A stretch of 64,000 nt of DNA from Chrysemys picta bellii (Eukaryota), in NCBI RefSeq assembly GCF_011386835.1, contig NC_088794.1, positions 75,516,001 to 75,580,000 on the forward strand, read 5' to 3'. Made by a program: the position numbers and the translations under genes. Below the pieces are notes generated by a model. It saw only the letters and a list, made by a program, of their open reading frames with translations, was not told where the DNA came from and made no database searches. How positions within the stretch are numbered: the first letter of the stretch is position 1; every line of letters starts with the position of its first letter. Below, piece after piece: positions 1 through 12,588 of the stretch.

Positions 1-190
1 GTGCATGAAGCAACAGGATCAGACCTCTACCCAGTTTACCGTTGCTTCAATTTATATCTCTCAAGGATTTATTACTATTCTGTCCCTGGCTATCACAGGA
101 AACAACCCAGAGAAGAGAGAAATGAACAAGATGATCAGATCTTTGCTGTCTCTAATGTCTATGACCGCATGATTACTGAAAGAGAGAGGG

Positions 191-225
191 ACACACACAC
201 ACACACACACGCGCGCACATGCACA
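191..225. repeat. (AC)10(GC)3 alternating purine-pyrimidine microsatellite
   Basis: Read directly from the sequence. Confidence 0.95.
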
Positions 226-583
226 AACAAAAAGCTTGATTCTGATTTCACCTATACCAGTGTAAATCACAGCTAACTCTGTTGAGGTCAATGGAGTTGC
301 AATGAACTCAGTGTGAGGACAGAATGAGGCAAAAAGTATTGTTAATGTAATGTTAGGTTTCTCTATTTACTTGATTATCATAACATTCTTAAAGGTAGGC
401 AGACTCTGGGAGTGGTGTTTTTTGTATTTATGGGGGGAAAGTAATGAAACCCTTACTTAAACTTCTCCACTGATTGGCATTTTGTTATTTAAGGTCATGT
501 GATAGATACTATTTAACAGGGTCATCACAGAGGAATCAGAATTGTCTCAATTAGTAGTTTCTCATGCATTTTGTATGCAGTTT

Positions 584-712
584 TGTTGTAGTCATGTTAA
601 TCCCAGGATATTAGATAGACCTGAAGAAGAGCTCTGTGTCAGCTCGAAAGCTTGTCTCTCTCACTAACAGAATCTGGTCCAATAAAAGATAATACCTCAC
701 CCACTTTTTGTC
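584..712 (+). mobile_element. Penelope-like element terminal fragment, family B (short inverted arm + hammerhead + AATAAA)
   Basis: 621-712 is homologous to 37400-37490. 584-620 is the reverse complement of the 3' tail of the 37.4 kb copy (37485-37523). AATAAA at 681-686. Confidence 0.75.
617..657 (+). ncRNA. Minimal type-I hammerhead ribozyme motif, intact core
   Basis: AGAC [stem I] CUGAAGA A GAGCU-CUGUGUC-AGCUC [stem II] GAAA GCUU GUCU [stem I']. Stem III is the self-complementary AGCU (dimer type). Predicted cleavage after 653. Stem I extends to 613/661 with one mismatch. Confidence 0.85.
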
Positions 713-1304
713 CATTTAAACATGCTTGACTGAATCATTATCAGATGTTTTAACATGTGTCCTCAACTCAGTTCCCTCAGCTGAAGCCTTTAAACCACCA
801 TATTAATACCTCTAATTGTAAATGATAAGACAATTTCCTGGCTGCCACTGTATGAGATAGAAGAGAGCTTGAGCTGTGGCCTTTAATCACTTTATTAATA
901 CCTCAAATTGTAACTGACAGAATAATTAGGCTGAATATTGTCCCAGTGAAGCAGCTTGAACATGGTGGCCATGTCATCACAGTGACAGAATTTAGTTTAG
1001 AGGAAAAAAATGGTTCAATGAAGTTTGTACCATTAAAGCAGCTCTCCTTATTGTCTGGAATGACCCTCTATATTAGCGCATTTAAAACTAGACTTGACAG
1101 GGAATAATTCTGCATTGGCATGGTCAGAGTCTAGATGATCCAGTACTATATACCTTTTACAATTCTAACTTCTGCTGAATCTGTCTCAGTCCTATTTACA
1201 TGGCTTTCACTGTGCCTCACTGAGATGCTCCCTCCGTCTCTATGCAGGTCTAGTTTCTCTAACTGTTCCCCATGAAAATCTTTGTAAGGCTGCCTTCTGT
1301 TGCA

Positions 1305-1342
1305 AATTTTGTTACATCAATTTAATTTTGTTACATCAATTT
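1305..1342. repeat. Perfect 19-bp tandem duplication
   Basis: AATTTTGTTACATCAATTT occurs twice in tandem. Confidence 0.95.
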
Positions 1343-2640
1343 AATATTCAAAGGAACTAATCTTCCTCTCACTTATACCCATTTTACACTGAGATAAATC
1401 CATTGACTTCAGCAGGATTACTGCCCATTTACTCCAATAAAATTGGAAGGGGACTCAGACCCAAGGTTTCCAGAACTGCTTATTCAATTCTGCAAAGGTG
1501 ACCTCACTTTAAATGTCCTATGTAAAACTAAAGCTGGCCTACACTTCCCCCTCAGCTCCATATTTGCAGGATCTGGTTGGTGAAAAGCTACATTGCATGA
1601 TTCGATCTCCATGTAATTCTTGGAACTACAACTCTGTTAGGAAACTACTTGACTCCATTTTTAAAGTATTACTGCCATGGATATTTTTTCAGTTTGTCCC
1701 TTTGCTCTGAAAAATATAATCACACTTGATTTTCTGCTTTTTTCCCCCATGTACTTTCTTGGCAAAGTTTAGGATACAATTTGGCAACAATAAAGGAAAG
1801 ATCTTTAAAAATGTTCCTCAGAAGCCAGTTTGAACAGAGACTTTATCATGATGCTTTCCCACTCAGATGTTTGGAATTCATGCATGGGAAAAAATATCAA
1901 GCCTTCTGTATTTGACAGAAAGGGTGTGAGGTGTGTGCTGTAAAAATGTTCTTCCACAGAAGCCAAAGGACCACATGCTGCATCAGAAATCATAAAATCC
2001 CCAGTATTTCATCCAATGGCACCGTTCCTTCTTAAATCAAATTAAAGGAGTCATGTCAAGTTAAAAATCATTTTATAAAAGTATTTTAAATTGCTTCTTC
2101 CCTGAACCCTATTACTAAGCACCACTTGGATTTCTAAAACCAAAATGGATGTTTGTATCTCTGTTTTTGCCACCATTTATTCTGTTTGCTCTGTGTACTG
2201 CCCTGTGAAACTAGACAAGTTAATACCATGTTTATGTATAGTCAGTTTCACTTTCTTGCCTCTGACTCTGGTGTTTGATGAGATGAAGCTAGTCATATGA
2301 ATGAAATAGTTATGGAACTGTAAAAAGCTTACTGTCCTTCACCTCCACTTACAGCCAGGGACATAAGGGGCTAAAGCCATTGCAGCAATGCAACTCCACT
2401 CAGGTTGCTACACCAGGGGATGAACTTGGCCCTGAGGAATTTTATGAAATCTTCATTATGAGCAAAGATGTGAAATCACATAAGGACAGGCTTATAATGG
2501 CTTACACAGCCATAAAATGAAAATCTTGATGGGCAAATACGGCATAGTGGGCTTTCATTTGGCGTAGTTTTCAGCACTACCATTGTAAACTGTTTCAATC
2601 ATAAGCCAGATACCCCCAGAGTTCAATCATGAGTCAAATA

Positions 2641-2828
2641 CACCTCTACCCCGATATAACATGACCCGATATAACATGAATTCAGATATAAAGCGGTAAA
2701 GCAGCGCTCCAGGGAGGGGTGGCTGCGCAATCCGGCGGATCAAGCAAGTTCAATATAACGCGGTTTCACCTATAATGCAGTAAGATTTTTTTTGGCTCCC
2801 GTGGAAGCGTTATATCGGGGTAGAGGTG
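2641..2828. mobile_element. Tc1/mariner-superfamily MITE
   Basis: Perfect 20-bp TIR CACCTCTACCCCGATATAAC, TA duplication on both sides (2639-40, 2829-30) and a subterminal repeat of CCCGATATAAC. Confidence 0.9.
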
Positions 2829-3568
2829 TACTTGGAATTCCACCTGGCCTAATGACCTGAGATATTGCTGATGCAGTTGACACAGCCGTTATCTTAGCAT
2901 ATATTGCACAGTTCTTATTCCTCCTCAGCCTTAAATTCTTCATTAGGCAAAATAATTTACTCAGGCATCCAGGATAAAAATGGCTTGATCTCACCTGAAT
3001 CCAGTTATTTTACCATGCGCTTGGCATGGTAGAAACAAAAGCTCCCCCATTTGAATAAAGAGCCAGAACTGGGACCATCCACCTGTACAGGATCAGAAGC
3101 TACCATTTGTTTGATCTGCCCTGCACCTAATCCCTGTGTCAGTGATGACTGCTATTGCTCCACCTTATTGTTGCCTGTAAGGGCAGGCAGAATATCTCTG
3201 CCCAAAAGGTTGCCATTTGCTAAAGCAATAGCATCTGGGGCACTACTGAAATGGTTGGTGGTAGAAGAGAGGAACCCTGCCCATAGGATGGAAAATGGCT
3301 GCTTGGATACACATCTCTCATAGTAAGTATGCTCCTTTATAAGTCTCCCCGTGTACGGTTTTTTCCAACACAAACTTTCCATATACTCTCTGTATATGAT
3401 GCATATAAAATCCTTGCAGTCTTCAATGGCAATCCTAATAGAAAGCAGGTGCTATGCCTTTAATGGAGCTATGGGGAGCTCACTATATCCTCCATTACTA
3501 TAATCAACCTACACATAAATAAATATATAAACAGTTACCAATTGGCTAAGTTCACGACAGCATTTGAT

Positions 3569-3590
3569 CACACACAAACACACACACACA
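3569..3590. repeat. (CA)n tract, UG repeat on the PAMR1 pre-mRNA
   Basis: CACACACAAACACACACACACA, 15-36 nt into intron 6. Confidence 0.9.
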
Positions 3591-3604
3591 ATGGCTGTAC
3601 TCAC

Positions 3605-3712
3605 AGCTTTCACAGTGATTCCCGGTATAGCCTGCCAGACAAGCACATCTGTAGGCACCAACTTTATCAAGAATACATGTTCCATCATGGTAACATGGAG
3701 ATGAAGAACAAG
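3605..3712 (-). CDS. PAMR1: PAMR1 coding exon 6, EGF-like domain (ACSSSPCYHDGTCILDKVGAYRCACLAGYTGNHCES)
   Basis: Acceptor TTTTGCAG, donor AGCT|GTGAGT; 108 nt, phase 1-1. Six-cysteine EGF spacing. The next (sushi) exon was not found in 1-3604, so the gene continues outside the window. Confidence 0.97.
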
Positions 3713-6700
3713 CTGCAAAAGAAGAGGCAAGAATATTCAGTCTTTCATAAGGTTCTTATCTACCCAGCTAGCTACGGTTTTCTATAGAACTCATCACAGT
3801 AGTTTCTAAAGGCCTCCCAGGTAAATTAGATATGTAGGGTGAAGTACTCAGTAGATTCAAGGAGCCCTCCAATCTTCTTCCTTCCCTGCTAGAAGGAAGA
3901 TCTCAGGATGTGAAACCTTTTATTGGTGGTTGTTTTTCCTTTTTCTTCTTCCGTCGTGTCCCCCATCTTTCTATCACTGCTTTCGAGTTACAGTGGGTTC
4001 ACCTGAGGGGTCACATTATCTCTATCTCTTACATACTTCATCCTGGGCTTTGTGAGCAGTATTGCCATAAAGGAACCTAGCTGTCTTCTTGGGTCCTGGA
4101 TGCAAATGCAATGATTGATGTTCCTGTGTCCTCTTGACCCCTATTATGAGCTTTTAAATCAGGATTATGATGACCTTGAACTGGCAAAGGAAGCAGGTTG
4201 GGAACCAGCCGATTGGGATGCCTCCTGGCACAATTACCCAGGTGCAATTAGTGAAGTGGCACAAAGAGATCAGAAATTTTAAGCATAAATGGGTATCTAC
4301 ATGCATAGCTAATTATTTGCATATGCACCAGGCTTACTAACAAAAGCAAAAGCCACTGTGCTGCACACACGTTTGGGCACCATGCCTGCTCTCCCTTTTT
4401 AAAAATGCACCTTTAAAGCTATAAATAAATACATTTTAAAACAAACTGCTTAAAGTCAGTTCCTCTTCCACTTATCTGCAGAGAACTGAGTTTAGGCCCT
4501 CAGGGTTCTGTATTTCCTCTATTATAATGGAATGTAACACAAGCACTACTTCAAGCAGTAGTGTAGTTCTCAACTGTTTCAGAAGAAAATCAACCTGAAC
4601 TCAGGTCTTATCAGGTAGAAACTAGTGCCCAAATCATAAAATTTAGATCCAGATTCAAATAGGAACATCTCCAAAGTCTGCGAAGTTTTGAATCTGATGT
4701 TCTGGTTCAGATCCATCATACCGAGTTGGGCCAGAGCTGTAAAGTTCACATCTAGATCCAAACTGAAGAGTTCACCCCAATTTGCCATAAAAATGCTCTT
4801 TTAGGGGACTTTCTAAAGGTTCCTCATAACTTTATTTGTTGAACTTCTAGTCCATCATTGCTACAAAAGTATAAAAAGAGTAAATTCTAATTCACTTAGA
4901 TCACAGCTATCAACAATACACCAATTGCCACTTTAACACAAGGGAGGAATGAACTCTACCACTAAACATCACTGATGGAGCAAAGCAGGGTCGGTAGCAC
5001 TCTAGCTGCCCCCTTAGACCACAATCTCAACCAGAACAATCAGTTTCAGAGATGGCACTAATATAGTCAAACTCTCAATGTGATGAAATCCAGAATGGCA
5101 CATGTCAAATCAGCTGATTCTTTTGCAAAGTTTTTTATTGAAACAGGCTTTTCAAGTCTCTCTGGCCCAGCTGGTGAAAGAGAAACAGAACTCCACTCAT
5201 AACATCAAAACCAGATTTCTGACAAGATTTCATGTGGAGATGTAAAGCTATTTGTATTTAGGTTGGCCTGTGAAAGCCACTGCTAAAACCTTGCACAATC
5301 TCTTTAAAGACTTGGATATGAAGATGGGGGGGGAGTATTCAAAGTGTGACTGAGGAGGATAACAAATTCCTGAAAAGCTCACAAATGATCATTTTGTTCT
5401 TTCCTGCTGTTCTAAAATGCATTTGAAAAAAAAAGAGAGAGAAGAGGCTGAAGAGCCACGGAAGCACTGATATTTTGCAACCTACAAGGCATATCTTCCT
5501 GTCAGTTGAAGTCATTGCAGTGGGACCAATGGTACATTTATTTATCACTTCTATCTTGATAGCACAAGCCATTATTTGTCTGCCAGTTTATTCTGTGGAG
5601 CCACTTGTGTCAAATGAATGAGCATGGATACAGGTTATGATGATGGAGGTGTGACACACAGAAGAGCTGATAAAAATGAGTCTTTATGGCCTGGCTTACA
5701 AAAGTTCCCGCCCCATGTCACATGGCAGGGATCAGTATCCACTGACCCCAGTGGCTACGGGTGACTGTCGTGATTCTCATTAAGCCAGATCCAGCATTAT
5801 TTCTAATCTGTCATAGTTCACTGTGCCCTTTAAAAATCTAAAACACAGAATGCACCAGAACACCCACACATCCAATTTTTGCTCCACTTTTGTGTTCTGG
5901 TTTCACCTGAGGAATTGTAACTCCTTCCTGGCTGCATATGAAAACCATTAAGACAGCATCTACTAGGCCTGTCATACAAACAGACCTGTGGACCAAATTT
6001 GAATCTCATTGGACTCAATGGGAGTTTTTCTCTGGTGGCTCTATTTGATTTGGCTCTATCTCTCCAATGTGATGGGTATCATGTAACTATCTATAACTAG
6101 TTAGGAGAGATGGTTGGAAAACATTTTTTTCACAATAGTTTTTGCAAGGAAAAAAAAAAAGTCTTCCACTTTCCAGCTACGTTTTGTTTCAATAGAACTT
6201 ATCCAACAAACTCACATAACTAGGATATTCCCAGAACCTTTCTATTTCCATGGACACACATTCTATCAAGCCCACCCAGCTTGTCTCTATTATAAATATG
6301 AAGAGAAGTTAGCTCCTCTCCCTACTTATGGGATTTTGTATTGACATTTATAATGTTTCACGAGTAATAGTTGCCAGCAAATCAGCTGGGAATCCCTCAC
6401 CTTCCACAAGGGGATTATTAAAGAAGGACAACCACACACAGGAGCAGAGGGAATTATCCCGCTCACTTTATTTCAATCTTCCTCCCTCCTCCTGTCTTTC
6501 ACATCTAAGGTCAGCTTAGTCACTTCTGGCCACTCACCAAAGACTGGATTACCCTTTATCCCTGACACAGTGTTTGTTGCTGCACTCGGGTGGTTAACAC
6601 CTGCTTCCAGTACAAGCCGTTCAGATGATTAAGCTGCGTCTTTTATTAACTAGCTGAACATGGGGAAGTATCGAGACCAAATGGTCAGAGGAACTTAAAT

Positions 6701-8839
6701 GCAAAATAATCTGCAAAAAGTATGTCCCTAGAGGAAAGACCAGTGGACAATCAGTGTCATCGTTTCACGAAGAACATGACTTCTGAGCCGACTTCTGCAA
6801 AATCTATCCCACATAGGGTCCCCAGAAGAAAGGTGACCCAAGTACAAAGTGCCCCACAAAGGTGGACACATGTAAATAGAAAAACTCTGCTCTCACTGCA
6901 TGAGCCACATTTCCTATCTTCTTCAGTCCAGTGCTAAGCTACAACGGATACCATAGTATCCCTTTGGGCCATTGCTCAGCCTTGGAGTGTGTTTACCTGA
7001 TCCTGTTCTCAACAATCATGCAGGTGATTGACCTAGTGAGCCCTGTTCAGCCTATTACATGGATGTCAGCTACCCCCTGGGGCTTTGCATTGAGAAGGAT
7101 TTCAGAAGACTGAATGCTGAAGCTTGCTGCATGCTGCCAGAGTTTTCAGTCCCTCAGCTCCCTCCCTCCCCCTCCCCCGTACATTGTATTCTTCCCATGA
7201 ACAGTATTGCTGGCCAGGTTAACACTTCACATAAAGAGACATAGTGAGAGCTTCAAAAGCTTTTCACTTCAGCTACTCATCAGGCCAGGACAGATTCATA
7301 ATAAAGTGCACAATGAGGCCTCCTGACAAACTCTCACCCCTTTGCATCATGCTCTGCATGGATTACCATGCTTGCAGCCACCCAGTCTCAAATAAATACC
7401 ATTAATAATGGGGTGGAAATAAAGTGCAGAACAGTGCTAGAATACTAAGAGGTACATGCTGAGCAGAGAAAATGGAATCAATTCATCCTACTCCATATCA
7501 AAAATGTTAGGCCTAGGAGTGTAGGCAGCCTTATGCAACATACCCCACACCAGGTTTCATTTGGTGGAGGCAACTTTTGCTTTCCATCAGCCCTTTCATT
7601 AGCACAGTGCTAGCTCTCATTGTCTAACTGTTCCTGCTGTGATTATGATTGTATTATAGGGACCAGCAAGTAGACAAGTGGATTCAGTAAATGCAGAAGT
7701 GGGGCAGCCATTTGTCCTGTGTGTGTGTGCACATTTCAGATTGTTAACTGCACCCTGGGTTATTAGTAACAGCTGAACCCCAATAGGTTTGGAGCTCAGA
7801 TGTGCTTTAGCTGCAAAGATTACATGAACTAATTGAACTTCTTGAACTAGATTTACAGCTCATGTGATCCCATTGAATCTGGGACACTGATGTGTGTCTG
7901 GGGTCTCATATGTCTTACTTCAGGGAGGGATTGGGAAATCCTAATGTTAGCTGTTATAGATCCTGTAGGATTTTCCTATGGCAAACCAGCACACACTGGT
8001 TGGCCTCCTCTGCTAAGAACTCTATGGACAGGTTTTATAGACTTGCCCCATACAAGGAAGACACAAGGCATGTAGCTGCCTTCAGATCAGAAGGCAAAAC
8101 AGGGCTATCCGCATACCCAGTGTTCCTTTGCAGGCAGGCAGAAGGGACAGGGAGTAATGCAGAGGGGAAGGTGCTACCCCTGTGTAAATGAGATCAGACT
8201 CAGGCTTAATGCGTTTAATAAATAGATTGGGATTTTGGAACTCAACTTCTTTCATTAAAAACATTTAGCAGATCACATTATTCACTGAAGGAGAGAGAGA
8301 AATGTTTTTGTTTGCTTTTTATATGGGAAGAGCTTTCTGCATCTTCCCTGTACAAACAATTTTTTTTAAAAAAAGCCCTACTGATCTGAAATGTGAAGCA
8401 GCAGAAATAATTAAAGCATTTTCACATGGTCAATACACCAGAAATGCAACAGGTTTCTACCATTTTAAACTGCTTACTCTGCTTCCACGTACTACTTCAA
8501 GCAATTCCCTGACTGCAAGGAGTTGTGCACAAAATTTCCATCTCATCACTCATTTCCAGTTCTTTGGTGCAAAAAGAAACATCACAAACCCATGAAACTT
8601 CAGCCCTAAACTGTTTCAATCAGTTGAGTCTTTGCACAAATAATGGGGCTGGGGTCTACTTTAGAAGAGCTTCATTTTAGCAAGCCATATGTTGACTTTG
8701 TACCTTCACTATACCTATCTGTATAAACTGCTGTTGGCAACACAGCATGAAAGTTTTTAATGAAGCAGAACAGCAAGAAAGATTAGTGAGACTGAATTAA
8801 TGAGAATAAAGTGCCGTGTGCTTTTTTTGATTCCTTTAC

Positions 8840-9057
8840 CTGTAATTTCTTCAAAGATAGCATGAAACCCATCAAAGTTCTTGGATCCATCAGACTGGAA
8901 GAGAACATGGAGTGAGGTCCCAGTGCTTCGGATTGGAGGCGGCCTGTCATTGCCACAGAAACGCTTAATTATCCTGCTATCTATATTGTCCCCATCCCGG
9001 ATCTCCACATAATCATACTGGCACATGTAGTCAAACTCCAGGCTCAGCATGGCAAAC
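8840..9057 (-). CDS. PAMR1: PAMR1 coding exon 5, second part of CUB domain ([23 protein letters not shown]...[18 protein letters not shown])
   Basis: Acceptor CTGCCTCAG, donor ACAG|GTAAAG; 218 nt, phase 2-1. Canonical CUB motifs [12 protein letters not shown] and FQSDGS; lies inside ORF 8757..9077. Confidence 0.98.
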
Positions 9058-10441
9058 CTGAGGCAGAAGGACATCAAAATCAGACTGTCACTCTCACCTG
9101 GCTGGACTGTATTTCTAATTCAGTTCAGAGGCTACTGCCCCCCTACAGCATCCATCTAAAGGAGAGGATAACAGCTGGATACCCTGGAGGGGCAGAGAAC
9201 TAAACTCTATTTTGGACTTTATTAGTGTTACTTAAATTGTTGTGTTCTGCATTTAGAAACTATGATGATAGGTCCCTTAGAAATAAGATAGAAAGAGAGA
9301 GAATGGTAACAAAAAGAAAACACAATTTATTTCAGATCAGAAGATAAAACAGGAACTGATTGTCAATAGCCAGTACTTACACCCTTTGTGTAAGGGGGAA
9401 GGGACAGGGTTAATGCAGAAGGGAGAGGGTAATATCTGGAGGCTTTTACAGTAAACGCTATCTATCCTCTTGTATCAGCCATGGAGCAAGGCACTCACTA
9501 GTTAACAGTATAACATGCTGCTGCTAGCAGAGCACAAAGCCAAAATATTCAAACTGAATATGAATGAAAAACAGACAAAGAGAGCTAATAAAAAAAAGCC
9601 TTTAGAGAATAAGCAATTGCCTGAGGTGCTGTGCTCTACATCACTGTCCAGGGTAAGGATTCCAAGCTCTGTGCCTGAGAGAACACCATACCACTAACCG
9701 CTCAGTAGAATATTTTTAAAATGTAACTTTTAATCTTCCCATTCTCCCTGAAAACTCTCAACTCTGTAGACCATGTTTATTTAAGGGATATAATGGATCA
9801 GACCGAGTCTATCATGCTACCTCTTCAAAGGTGGACTGAATGCTCTGGCAGTCTGACATTTTCTAACTGAAGAGAAGGGAAAAATGCACAATCATTTTGG
9901 ATGCTCAGCATACTCCTACAGTCTACAGTTGATTTCCCCTGACTGTCCTCTTCTGGGAACTCGGTGGCTTCAGAGAGTAAGGAAGCCTATGTTATGTGAA
10001 ATGGCTGATGCCCTTCTATCAGACTAACGTTAATACACACTCACTTGTCTTCACTCAATACTTATTTTTGTGTTTGGAGAAACAGCTGAACCTCAGCTGG
10101 TGTAAATTGGCATAGCTCCATTGAATGAGCAGTTGAATGGCACTGTACCAAGTTACACCAGAGGAAGATATGGCCCAGAGTTTTCATAAGGGTCTGTTGG
10201 AAGGTGGATGAGAAAAAAATGGCAACTGCTTTCAATAAACATCAGACATTAATTCATCTCAGTTTCACTTAAACTTCATGAGCAATTGGTGAGTCCAAAT
10301 TCCAGTTCTGTCTGACACTCTTACTTACCCATGAGATATCAAGTTACCAGCATGACATCCTCAGAACAAACTCTCTTTGGCTGATCAAGCCCTGGGATCT
10401 GCTCTTACAGAAGCAATAGATTCATACAAATGCACAAGGCC

Positions 10442-10618
10442 CAGGAGCGCCACCAGCTTTTCTGCTGCCCTAGGCGGCGGAAGGTCCCGCCCCAAAATGC
10501 CACCCCCCACAGAGGCGGCGGAAGGTCCCACCGCCAAAATACCGCCACAGTCACCGCCTCCCAAATTGTAGCATCCTAGGCGATCACCTAGGTCACCTAA
10601 TGGGTTACGCCAGCCCTG
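10442..10618. mobile_element. GC-rich hAT MITE
   Basis: 8-bp TSD ACAAGGCC / GCAAGGCC (7/8), CAGG...CCTG termini and internal repeats GGCGGCGGAAGGTCCC. Confidence 0.75.
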
Positions 10619-11284
10619 GCAAGGCCTCATGGCTAAGGTGCAGGGATGGGAGCTGACAGACCTGGCACAGGATTTTCAGAAGTTCTCAACATTGTCCTAA
10701 CTCTGCTCCCACTGGAGTCAACTGAACACTTTTGAAATCTTGGAGTCTATTGTTGACTAAAGCACAGTTATGGGCAAGTTATTTAACCTTAATTTCCTCA
10801 CCTGTAAAATTGGGGCTATTTTCCTAACTGTCCTGGATATTATAATGCCAAATTCCCTGATGTTCATGAAATGCTTGGAGATCCTCAGACTGAAAAGGAG
10901 TGAGGTGATGTTATTAGTGGGTGCATTGAGAATACACCTCTGGGGAGGGGGTGAGCTTCTCTCCAAAGGAAAAGAACAATTCCAAGATACAGCTCTGTCA
11001 CAGCATAAAAGAAAATGATTGTGAGTTGTGCGTTACCTAGAGTGCTGTATCTCATCTCCTGATGTGACATGGGCTGAGGGAGCATGATAAATCACAAATT
11101 AAAGAAAAATGAGGCTAGAAAATGCACACACAAAACAAACTACTACAGCAACCATTTATCAAAGCAGGCTTGGTCAGCCAAATCTCCTAGGATAGCATAG
11201 CACATCTCAAGTCAGAAGATGATTTATTTTCAGTCCTGTAAGATTAAGAGAGTTTATATTTTTTATTTTTTACACACACACACT

Positions 11285-12130
11285 GCAACAGGACAATCTG
11301 CCCTTTTAAAGCTCTGTCTGGGGGGAGGGGAGAAGAGAGAGATAGGGAGCAGCTGACCCTAGGCCAGAGAGCAGCCCCCCAGACAGGTGCTGGGAATCAG
11401 CTGACACAGCTGATCAGCACTCCTGACTAGCCCACACTCTCAGCTGGAATATAAAGGAGAGTTTAGCAATGTAGGGGAGGGGAGCAGGGGAAGGATATTT
11501 GCTGGTAAATAGGACCAGCTGGTAGATCCTAGTCCAAACCTTTAAGCAGATTGTTGTCAGTGTTGGTTTTTTGTATACCTTTCTTGCTATGTTTGGGAAG
11601 ATAACAAACAGAGGCCTGACGAAAGGGACAGAAACCTGGCCTGGCTGGTGACTAGGGGTCACTTGTTTCCTTTCTGCTTCACACAGATAGGATCACCAGC
11701 ATTGCCCTGTGGCAATCACATAGGGTTTGCTGGGGCTATGTAGAGACCAGGAAACATGGAGTGCTGTTGTGGGGAATCATGCTGACTCCACAAACCATTT
11801 GCTAACAATTACTATTCTGAGCTGAGTAACAATGGCAGAGGGAATCTGCTTGTTTATGTGGAAGTGGAGTAAGTCTAAAGAGCCAGGCACAGGCAGCAGG
11901 ACCAGGATGGAAGGATTTGGTGGAGTTTAAAGTACTGAGTCTCCTAAACCCAACAGTGGGAGCTCCCTCATCAGACTCTGCTTCTGGACACTTTCACCCT
12001 AACAATGGGACTCTGTGGCCAGGGAGGTAGAGGGTTAGTATTGAGTTTGCTGAACTGTGTGGGGAATGGCCACAATGGAAAGATGATCAAATCAGCTAGA
12101 AGGAAGCTCTCACAAGGGTAATGCCACATG
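11285..12130. mobile_element. Possible degenerate LTR-like repeat
   Basis: TG start, CAGCTG-rich segment and TATAAAGG at ~11450; boundaries uncertain. Confidence 0.3.
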
Positions 12131-12508
12131 TCCATTCAAATCAGATACCTTGCGCCCTGTGGCAGCAGTAGTAGGCAATTAAAGATCCCATTGCACTATT
12201 GGCAAGTGTAGAGGTTTGTCTTCTCCTTTCTTTCTTGTACATTGCTGATCTGTGCCAGTCAGCTGGCATCCTCCCACCCCAGAGATAGCTGCATTCACTG
12301 ATGCTGTAAAACATAGGACCCAATCCTGCCCCCACTGTTAGGATCGAAAGCAGGGTCAAGCCCACCGTTTGTGAAGCACTTTGGCATCCTTAGGAATGAA
12401 AGAGTCTTGTACATAAATGTCAAGTATCAGGGGGTAGCCGTGTTAGTCTGTATCTACAAAAAAAACAAGGAGTCTGGTGGCACCTTAAAGACTAACAGAT
12501 TTATTTGG

Positions 12509-12551
12509 GCATAAGCTTTCGTGAGTTAAAACCTCACTTCTTCGAATGCAT
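12509..12551 (-). ncRNA. Hammerhead motif on the PAMR1 sense strand, degenerate core
   Basis: Reverse complement: AUGCAU UCGAAGA A GUGAG-GUUUUAA-CUCAC GAAA GCUU AUGC. C3U plus U4C changes, probably inactive. Confidence 0.55.
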
Positions 12552-12588
12552 CCGAAGAAGTGAGGTTTTAACTCACGAAAGCTTATGC
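12546..12588 (+). ncRNA. Hammerhead motif, U4C core variant
   Basis: AUGCAU CCGAAGA A GUGAG-GUUUUAA-CUCAC GAAA GCUU AUGC. Stems are intact; the core reads CCGAAGA instead of CUGANGA. Confidence 0.65.

Noticed and set aside
1-3604. PAMR1 sushi-domain exon 7
   Set aside because: No matching reading frame found on the minus strand; it must lie outside the window.
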